The notes under the pieces are model-generated. The model ran no database searches. It was not told the origin of the DNA and saw only the letters and a list, made by a program, of their open reading frames with translations. Positions 18,778 to 26,106 of a DNA stretch of 47,369 bases are shown in pieces. Position 1 is the first letter of the stretch, and every line of letters begins with the position of its first letter. The stretch spans positions 1 through 47,369 of the forward strand of contig LBUA01000003.1 in NCBI GenBank assembly GCA_000992345.1, written 5' to 3'. A program made the translations under genes and the position numbers. The stretch is from Parcubacteria group bacterium GW2011_GWD2_38_12. Its GTDB lineage: Bacteria > Patescibacteriota > Minisyncoccia > GWC2-36-17.

Positions 18778-19665
18778 ATGCCTGAAAATATAAAAATAAA
18801 AAAAGCCATTATAGCGGTTGCTGGATTTGGAACCAGATTTCTGCCGGCTACCAAAGCTCAGCCCAAAGAAATGTTGCCGATAGTGGACAAGCCGGTTGTG
18901 CAGTTTATCGTTGAGGAGGTAGTTCGTTCCGGAATTGAAAATATAATTTTTGTAACCGGCAGAGGGAAGCATGCCATAGAAAATCATTTTGATTATTCTA
19001 TTGAGCTTGAAAATGCTCTTAAAAAAAGTGGCAAACGGCATATTTACGAAGAGATAAAGAAAATATCTGATATGGCGAATTTTGTTTATACGAGGCAAAA
19101 AGAAGCCCGTGGAAACGGCGATGCTCTGCTTGTGGCAAGCCACATGGTGGCCGGTGAGCCGTGCGCCGTGCTGTTTGGTGATGATTTGGTTGATTCCAAA
19201 AAACCAGTGATAAAACAATTGATGGATGTTTATCAAAAATATGGCGCATCGGTAGTTGCTTTGGAGAAAGTTTCGAAAAAAGATGTCCATAAATATGGCA
19301 TAGTGAAAGCCAAAAAAATAGGAGGCAGATTATATAAAATAGAGGGAATAGTGGAAAAGCCAGAAATTGGCAGGGCGCCATCCAACTTGGCGGTAGTGGG
19401 CAAATATATTATCACTCCCGATGTATTTGAGATATTGGAGAAATTAAAAAAAATGCCGTCAAAGTGGGGTGGCAAAGAGCTCGGTATTACCGATGCTTTG
19501 AGAGAGTTATTGAAAACTCGCCCAATATACGGTTTGGAATTTGAGGGAACGCGATATGATTGCGGGTCAAAAATTGGATTTTTGAAGGCGATAGTGGACC
19601 ATGCCTTAAAACATTCAGAGGTAAAAGATGAGTTTAAAAATTACTTGAAAAATAAGAAAATCTAA
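18778..19665 (+). CDS. galU: UTP--glucose-1-phosphate uridylyltransferase
   Basis: AGFGTRFLPATKAQPKEMLPIVDKP, VEKP, RYDCGSK.G. Confidence 0.95.
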   Translation: MPENIKIKKAIIAVAGFGTRFLPATKAQPKEMLPIVDKPVVQFIVEEVVRSGIENIIFVTGRGKHAIENHFDYSIELENALKKSGKRHIYEEIKKISDMANFVYTRQKEARGNGDALLVASHMVAGEPCAVLFGDDLVDSKKPVIKQLMDVYQKYGASVVALEKVSKKDVHKYGIVKAKKIGGRLYKIEGIVEKPEIGRAPSNLAVVGKYIITPDVFEILEKLKKMPSKWGGKELGITDALRELLKTRPIYGLEFEGTRYDCGSKIGFLKAIVDHALKHSEVKDEFKNYLKNKKI

Positions 19666-19676
19666 ATAAATATTTT

Positions 19677-19730
19677 AAGCAATACCCGCCCGAATTTTTA
19701 AAAATTCGGGCGGGTATTGCTTTTTCTCTT
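19677..19730 (+). terminator. Perfect 46-bp palindrome followed by a T-rich tract; intrinsic terminator of galU
   Basis: aagcaatacccgcccgaattttt|aaaaattcgggcgggtattgctt then tttctctt. Confidence 0.8.
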
Positions 19731-19799
19731 TAATTTTTGTATTTTCCCAGTAAGTATTTTCATGGGCAAATGTCAATTATTAATCGTCAATTGTTTATT

Positions 19800-20555
19800 A
19801 TGGACAATCGCCAACTTTGGGAAAATATTTTTCAACTCTCGCAGGCGGTTTTTCGCGTCACTCATTTATTCCCCAAAGAGGAGATTTTACGTAGGCACCT
19901 GCGTGAAAGAATCACCGAGATTTTATATCAAAGCTCTCGGGGGTTTAGTTTAGAGTCCGCCGACTGGAGGATTCAACCTCGCGATATTTTTATGGAGAGA
20001 AACAGACTATTAATAAATGATATTCATAATTTTCGCTTCCTTCTCTTTACAGCCAAGAATTTTAATTTTGTGGAAGAAAAAAACCTGGCAGTACTGATAA
20101 AAGAGTCCGAAAATCTGCTAGAATTTTTGGATAAAAAAAATAAAGAAAATCTCAACTTGTTAATTAATCAAAATACGACAATCCACGAACGAAATGATCA
20201 GAATTTCCAGTCGCCCTTGTCATCGAGCGGAATCACCTTGCCAAATAGCGATGTTCCAAAATTGATAAGAAAATCTCCCACATCTAACAGAAGAATTCTT
20301 CAGCGTTCAATGGCAGAGAACCTTACAGACAAAGATATGATAGGGTTTGCTGTTTTAAATATCAGACAGCAAAAAATAATAGATTATTTTCATAAATTCA
20401 GTGAAGAAAAAGTACGTCTAAAAAATATCGCTGACGAGTTTAAAAATATCCCGCCAAGAACCCTAAGACAAGATTTAAAATGCTTATGCGACAATGGTTA
20501 TTTGGCGCGCGATGGATTTGGCCCGGGTAGTTTCTACCTCTTCGTTAAAAAATAG
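19800..20555 (+). CDS. Putative regulator: N-terminal four-helix-bundle-like domain + C-terminal DeoR-like winged HTH
   Basis: N-term AVFRVTHLFPKEEILRRHLR; C-term RQQKII...RTLRQDL..L...GYL.R.G.G..SFY; start moved to ATG 19800. Confidence 0.75.
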   Translation: MDNRQLWENIFQLSQAVFRVTHLFPKEEILRRHLRERITEILYQSSRGFSLESADWRIQPRDIFMERNRLLINDIHNFRFLLFTAKNFNFVEEKNLAVLIKESENLLEFLDKKNKENLNLLINQNTTIHERNDQNFQSPLSSSGITLPNSDVPKLIRKSPTSNRRILQRSMAENLTDKDMIGFAVLNIRQQKIIDYFHKFSEEKVRLKNIADEFKNIPPRTLRQDLKCLCDNGYLARDGFGPGSFYLFVKK

Positions 20556-20611
20556 GGCAAGAATGCGTCATTGCCTTATTATTTTGTTTTATGACGCATT
20601 CTTGCCCTATT
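20551..20611. repeat. Perfect 21-bp inverted repeat built of AATnnGnCAW motifs
   Basis: aatagggcaagaatgcgtcat / atgacgcattcttgccctatt, 19-nt loop. Confidence 0.85.
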
Positions 20612-20797
20612 ATTTCCGATTATAACGCATTAAAAATTCAATGTTGGGATTCAAGAGATTGAGATTTGAAGATTATTGGTTATCGTAATTCAGAAACATT
20701 CAACCTCGCGGCATTTTTTCGTTTGAGGTTTAATTTAAGGTATTTATAGGGGTTAAATTTCGGAGATTTTAGGAATATTTAACAGCTCCTGGATTAC

Positions 20798-20826
20798 TTG
20801 AAATTTTTTGGATAATTTGATAAAAT
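20798..20826 (+). promoter_or_regulatory. Candidate sigma70 promoter (extended -10)
   Basis: TTGAAA-17-TAAAAT with TGn. Confidence 0.5.
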
Positions 20827-21054
20827 ATATGCAGATTTCGAACTATTTTATATTTCAAAAATTCCATAAAAATTTATGCTAATTTCGTCAAGATTTTAAG
20901 TGGGTCTATTGATCCGAGCCTGATCTGAAATTGAATTAAAATTGGGAGAGGGATAAACGAGAAAAGGCCGTCATTTGCAGTTTAAGAATATTGATTCAGA
21001 GTTATCTTGCATTTGTTTAATTGTCTAAAAATTGCAAAAATATAGCATAAAAAG

Positions 21055-21063
21055 TTATCCACA
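21055..21063 (+). promoter_or_regulatory. DnaA box
   Basis: Perfect TTATCCACA. Confidence 0.65.
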
Positions 21064-21072
21064 AGTTTACAT

Positions 21073-21101
21073 TTGTTATTCTATTTGAAAAAATTTATAA
21101 T
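21073..21101 (+). promoter_or_regulatory. Candidate sigma70 promoter
   Basis: TTGTTA-17-TATAAT. Confidence 0.55.
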
Positions 21102-21685
21102 ATATCCATGGCATTGGATTAATTCCAATAAGCGGATGCTGGCTAGTTGTTTAGCCACATTTCGCTTATAAGTGTTGAATCAAGGATTAATCGCGCTTGC
21201 CCTTGAAGTAATTAAGTAAAAATGATATTATTTTCAAATACTAAAACAGCAAATAACCTATTGTCATTTTTTTGCTTTTTTGGTAAACTTGAATCATATA
21301 AAATTTGGTTTGCAAATTTAATGTTTTGATGCGTCGCGGCGAATCGAAATATCAGATTTGGAAGCCAAGAAAAAATGATAGTACGGAGGGTACTTTGAAA
21401 ATTTAAAATCATTAAGAGAGATTTGAAAAAAAGATTTGAGAAATGATAGAAAATGAGTTTTGTTTTGAGACGCGATTCAGTATGTTGTGTCATTCGTATT
21501 ATTTAATATAATTCGTGTGGCATTCGTATATTGGTATCGCATTATTTAATTTGAATTTTTTCCGGAGACAAAAGTCAGGTCGGTTGGGTCCGCTACGGCG
21601 GATTCCCGTGACTAGACTCCAACGATTGTATCGTAAATTTTTAATCAGTAATTAATAGCTCTTGATTGATTTTTATTGTTGAAAG

Positions 21686-21809
21686 TTTTGCCCTATTCTT
21701 GCCTTATTATAATGGGACATTCGCTGTGGCGAATAAGACATAAAATAATAAGACATGAAATTCTAGCGCCGAGCACCCAAGAACCTAGTGAGACAAGAAC
21801 AGGGCAAAA
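21686..21809. promoter_or_regulatory. Array of seven AATRRGRCAW-like motifs upstream of the S-layer-like gene
   Basis: 21688, 21699 (minus); 21711, 21732, 21747, 21787, 21798 (plus). Confidence 0.7.
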
Positions 21810-21855
21810 TAAGTAAACCAATAAAAATTAGTTAAGTTTAAAAAGGAGAAAAAAT

Positions 21856-24800
21856 ATGAGTACTTTATTCGGGAAACGCACAAAGAAAGTTCTCTCTGTC
21901 GCGTTGTCCTTATCTGTTATCGTATGGTCTCTCGGATTGTTTGCTCTCACCTTCAACGTTGCGTTCGGCGCGACATTGAATGAAGGCGACATCATTCGTG
22001 GTCCAGACGGTATCAAAGTTTACATCATTAACAACAACGGATATAAGAGACACATCTTCAATCCGGAAGTGTTTAATATGTACGGCCATTTGAAATGGTC
22101 AAACATTAAAGCTGTTGATCAAGCAACTTTGGATTCATACACAACATCAGATCTTTACAGAGCTGATGGCGACCAAAAAGTTTATCAGACAGCTGATGAT
22201 GGCGTAAAAAGATGGTTCAATATGACTGGCGAGCAATTCGTTGCTTCTGGTTATACTTTCAACCAAGTTTTTGTAGTAAATCCTAAAGAAAGAGATTTCT
22301 ACTCAACTGGCGCTGAGATTACTTCTAGCCAACAGCAACCAGTAGCGGGCGCGTTGAATGTTTCTGTTGATTCTAGCTTAGCTTCTGCAACATTAGTTGC
22401 TGACAGCACTGCTAGTTCGGTTGAAGGCGCTCAAGCTTTAGCCCCTGTGTTGAAGCTTAAATTTGACGGTTCAGCTACAGTCACTTCACTTAAGATTCAC
22501 AGACAAGGAATTTCTGCTGACGCGGACGTTTCTAATATGTATCTTTATGAAGGTGACAATTATTTGGCTGACAGTCCGATTGTTTCCAACACTTACTACA
22601 CATTTACCAATTCTGCCGGTCTATTTTCTGTATCCGGTTCTAAGACCATTACAGTTAAAATGGATGTTGCTGAAGACACATCTTCAGGCAAAACATTGCA
22701 ATTTGGCGTAGTTGCTTCAGCTGATGTTGCTTCAAACGCAACTTCAACTGCTGGCAGTTTCCCAATGCACGGCAATGTAATGACAACTGCTACCGTCACT
22801 GATCTTGGTAAATTGACTCTTGCTCATATATCCGATCCAGGCACTGCTATGGATGCCGGTATTACCGAACAAGAAGTATGGAAATTCAGTTTGGCTGCCG
22901 CAGATCAGAAGGTTAAAGTTTATTCAATCAAGGTGACTGCTATCGGCAGTATCACCGCTTCTGATCTTACAAATTTCAAACTTCATGACGGAACAAGTCA
23001 GGTTGGTTCTACTGTTGCTGCTATGAATAGCGACAAGACCGTTACCTTTGCCTTGGCTCCTTATGAAATCACATCCGGTCAGACAAAGAATATTTCTTTG
23101 AGGGCCGATGTTGTTGCCGGATCAAGCCGCAATTTCTACTTCCAGATTGCTGGAGCTAGAGATATAGTTGCTCAAGATGCAAATTATGGCGTATATTTGA
23201 AGCTTAACAAGGCTGATACATACACCATCATCAAGGCAACCAACACTACAACTATCAATCCTGGTACGTTGTCAATCACCAAAGCTTCGGATTCCCCATC
23301 AGGAAACGTTGCTAAGGACGCTTTGGCTGTGACATTGGCTAAATACAATGTTAAGGCATCTGGCGAAGCTATGAAAGTTAGCAGCTTGGTTGTAAGAACA
23401 ATCTTGTCCACTGCTGACGATGCTAACCTTGATAACGGCAAACTTTTGTTGGATGGCGTTCAAATCGGCACCACAAAAGACTTGGATTCAGAAACTTCTG
23501 TTGATAGTAATGTTACCGATGATGACGCATCAGCTGATGATGACACTACCTTTACATTTGGCAGTTCTTTCATCGTCAACGCTGGTCAAACTAGAGTTTT
23601 GACTGTAGTTGCTGATGTCAAAAAAGGTGATGGTACTGCATTGACCGATACCAACACCATGACCATTACGCTTGAAGCTCTTACCGGAAACTTAATCAGA
23701 CAATCTTCAGGCACTAGCACTGATACTGCTGAAGTTGGCGCTAACCAACTCACAGTATCCGCAGCTGCTTTGACTGCTTCTAAGAATGCGACATTGGCTA
23801 ATATGAGCGTTGTTGCTGGCCAGACTGGTGTTACCATCGGTTCTTGGCTCTTTACAGCTGGCGCAGCTGAAGCTGTTGATGTCAACACAATTGTATTGAA
23901 AGATGCTGCCACTGGTTCTGAAACTTGGGGCGATGCTTTCAATAACTTGAAGCTTTACAGCGGTTCCACTCAACTTGGCTCAACCATTACTTCGCCTACA
24001 GCGACTGGTGATGCCGTAACCCAGACATTTAATCTTTCAACTGCGTTGAGGATTAATGCTGGTCAATCAATTCAGGTTGATTTGGTTGCCGATGTTCTCA
24101 CTGGCGCAACTTGGACAACTGATGAAGTGGCGGTTGATTCAGCTTCTGCTACTGGCGTAAGCACAAACGCCACTGTTTCTTATGCAGGTGATTCCGCTGG
24201 TCAAGATATTGCTGTAGCTACTGCCGGCACCTTAACTGTTGCCACAGCCGCTACTCCGACCAATCCGAATACCAGTTATATGGTTGCTGGAGATCTTGAA
24301 CAGACAGTTGCCGCTTGGAAATTCACAGCGGATAACATTGAAGACTTGAAAGTTACTCGCATCAAATTGAAACAAGCTCAAACAGATGTTAATGCTCCAA
24401 GCAATGTTAAGAACCTCAAGCTTTTCGTTGGTTCTTCGCAAATTGGTTCAACAGCTCCTGCTTTGACTGATCCAGATTCAGCGGTTTCTGTTGATGAGTA
24501 TGCAATCTTTGAAAATTCAGCTGGTCTGTTCACTGTTCCAAAGAACAGCACAGTAACCCTTGTTTTAAAGACCGACATCACTCCTTCAACGAACGCGGTA
24601 TTTGGCGCAAATGGCGAGCAGTTTAAATTCAGAGTTGCCAATATAACAACTCACACTGCATCTACCGACATTTCTGCTAAGGGTTCATTATCTGGCGCAT
24701 TCGCATTAGGTTCTGCCTCAGCAAATTATGACGGTAATAGTCAGATTGTTGTGAAGACCAAACCGACATTCGCCATAAATAGTGCTTCACCTACAGGAAG

Positions 24801-25248
24801 TTTGGTTCCCGGTAATGTTGAAATCATTAGATTCAATATTACGGCTCACACAGCAAATGATGTGACATTTGATGGCACAAACCACAATATCCTGTTCACG
24901 ATAGTTGAAGCTGGTGTTGACGTTGCGGATAGTACAGCTGATTTGTATGATGCTTCTACTAACACCACAGTCGCCACCCAGTTGACTAGTCAAGACTTTG
25001 ATGATGGTTCTGTCACTTTCACGACAGTTAATACTACAATCCCTGCAGGTCAAACCAAGACATATTATGTCAAGGCAAACCTAACGGATTACACAGCTAC
25101 TGGTAACTCATTCCAGATGACTATTGGCAATGCGGCTGCTGATCTTTCATGGTCAGACGGCACGACTTCTGCTGATATCAACAATGCCAATGTTTCTAAT
25201 ATTGGCTTGCCTATCTCTGGCAATATCTTAGTTAAACCAGGCGCATAA
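21856..25248 (+). CDS. Large secreted surface protein, S-layer-like, with repeated beta-sandwich domains
   Basis: Signal peptide; T/A/S/V/D/G-rich with no Cys; repeated G.L....P...F/W.F.A...E...V..I modules; AAGGAG RBS; strongly biased codons (GCT, ACT, GTT, TCT, AAC); own terminator. Confidence 0.75.
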   Translation: MSTLFGKRTKKVLSVALSLSVIVWSLGLFALTFNVAFGATLNEGDIIRGPDGIKVYIINNNGYKRHIFNPEVFNMYGHLKWSNIKAVDQATLDSYTTSDLYRADGDQKVYQTADDGVKRWFNMTGEQFVASGYTFNQVFVVNPKERDFYSTGAEITSSQQQPVAGALNVSVDSSLASATLVADSTASSVEGAQALAPVLKLKFDGSATVTSLKIHRQGISADADVSNMYLYEGDNYLADSPIVSNTYYTFTNSAGLFSVSGSKTITVKMDVAEDTSSGKTLQFGVVASADVASNATSTAGSFPMHGNVMTTATVTDLGKLTLAHISDPGTAMDAGITEQEVWKFSLAAADQKVKVYSIKVTAIGSITASDLTNFKLHDGTSQVGSTVAAMNSDKTVTFALAPYEITSGQTKNISLRADVVAGSSRNFYFQIAGARDIVAQDANYGVYLKLNKADTYTIIKATNTTTINPGTLSITKASDSPSGNVAKDALAVTLAKYNVKASGEAMKVSSLVVRTILSTADDANLDNGKLLLDGVQIGTTKDLDSETSVDSNVTDDDASADDDTTFTFGSSFIVNAGQTRVLTVVADVKKGDGTALTDTNTMTITLEALTGNLIRQSSGTSTDTAEVGANQLTVSAAALTASKNATLANMSVVAGQTGVTIGSWLFTAGAAEAVDVNTIVLKDAATGSETWGDAFNNLKLYSGSTQLGSTITSPTATGDAVTQTFNLSTALRINAGQSIQVDLVADVLTGATWTTDEVAVDSASATGVSTNATVSYAGDSAGQDIAVATAGTLTVATAATPTNPNTSYMVAGDLEQTVAAWKFTADNIEDLKVTRIKLKQAQTDVNAPSNVKNLKLFVGSSQIGSTAPALTDPDSAVSVDEYAIFENSAGLFTVPKNSTVTLVLKTDITPSTNAVFGANGEQFKFRVANITTHTASTDISAKGSLSGAFALGSASANYDGNSQIVVKTKPTFAINSASPTGSLVPGNVEIIRFNITAHTANDVTFDGTNHNILFTIVEAGVDVADSTADLYDASTNTTVATQLTSQDFDDGSVTFTTVNTTIPAGQTKTYYVKANLTDYTATGNSFQMTIGNAAADLSWSDGTTSADINNANVSNIGLPISGNILVKPGA

Positions 25249-25307
25249 GCTGTCTCTGAATGATTGAATGAATCCGTTGGTCTGCCTTAGGTGGATTGCA
25301 ACGAACC

Positions 25308-25345
25308 CAAAACACCCCCGATTTATTCGGGGGTGTTTTGTTTTG
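25308..25345 (+). terminator. Intrinsic terminator
   Basis: caaaacacccccga-tttat-tcgggggtgttttg then ttttg. Confidence 0.88.
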
Positions 25346-25379
25346 TCTAATTTTATTTTGTCTAAAAAAGCCTTTTTCT

Positions 25380-25412
25380 CCCCACTATCGAAGTTGAACT
25401 TCGATAGTGGGG
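25380..25412. repeat. REP-like palindrome
   Basis: ccccactatcgaagtt-g-aacttcgatagtgggg. Confidence 0.9.
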
Positions 25413-25453
25413 GAATGGTGGGACGGGTGGTGATGTCATTTGCTGTGATTACA

Positions 25454-25482
25454 TTGTGGATAAATTTTTGGTGTGATAAAAT
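25454..25482 (+). promoter_or_regulatory. Candidate extended -10 promoter with a DnaA box (TGTGGATAA, 25455-25463) over the -35
   Basis: TTGTGG-17-TAAAAT with TGn. Confidence 0.5.
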
Positions 25483-25565
25483 AAATGAATAAATACATTA
25501 ATAAAAAAGTGATAAAGAAAAAACAATAAAGACCTCTTCGCGAGAGGCCTTTTTGTAAATAATTT

Positions 25566-25592
25566 CAATATCGAAGTTCAACTTCGATATTG
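25566..25592. repeat. REP-like palindrome
   Basis: caatatcgaagtt-c-aacttcgatattg. Confidence 0.9.
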
Positions 25593-25605
25593 GGGAAATA
25601 AAAAT

Positions 25606-26106
25606 ATGGAGGATAAAATCGAGAACGCTACCAATATAAAACCGGTTAAAAAATATTTAAAAATAGGGGGCGTGGTTTTGGGGATTATTTTAATATCCGC
25701 ATTTTTTGCTTTTTATGCATACCCAAAATATCAGGATTGGAAATTTAACAAAGAACTTAAAGAATTAACAGAAGAAACAAATAGACCATATTTGGAAGAT
25801 ACTTATGGCGGTAAAACTCCCAAAGAGACACTGGAATTATTTATTGCCGCAGTGGAAAAAGAAGATTTTGATTTGGCGAGTAAATATTTTGTCTTGAGCA
25901 AACAGGAGGAATGGAAAAAAGAGCTGATTGAAATAAATAATTTAAATAAAACAAAAGATTTTTTAAAACCAGTAGCAGAAGAAATAATAAAATTAGAAAA
26001 TAATGACACGGGATTGGTTAATGGTGACAAATATATATCGAAGGGGACAATTTTATTTAATTTAATTAAATATCCTCAAGGAATTTGGAAGATTAAAGAA
26101 ATTTAA
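25606..26106 (+). CDS. Membrane-anchored hypothetical protein
   Basis: One N-terminal TM; DTYGGKTPKETLELFI.A....DFDLASKYF; ends WKIKEI; its stop overlaps the next start (TAATG). Confidence 0.8.
   Translation: MEDKIENATNIKPVKKYLKIGGVVLGIILISAFFAFYAYPKYQDWKFNKELKELTEETNRPYLEDTYGGKTPKETLELFIAAVEKEDFDLASKYFVLSKQEEWKKELIEINNLNKTKDFLKPVAEEIIKLENNDTGLVNGDKYISKGTILFNLIKYPQGIWKIKEI

Noticed and set aside
21212-21493. 93-aa minus-strand ORF
   Set aside because: Low-complexity translation of AT-rich DNA; no RBS or motif
19800-21855. Diversity-generating retroelement (Avd-like domain plus long non-coding region)
   Set aside because: No reverse transcriptase and no TR/VR pair differing at adenines was seen; the protein has an HTH fusion
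20556-21855. Replication origin
   Set aside because: Only one perfect DnaA box and no dnaA/dnaN nearby; skew could not be computed
20556-21855. tRNA, tmRNA, RNase P or known riboswitch
   Set aside because: No recognisable conserved motifs by eye; an Rfam search is still needed
25268-25492. 74-aa ORF after the surface gene
   Set aside because: Runs through the terminator and a palindrome
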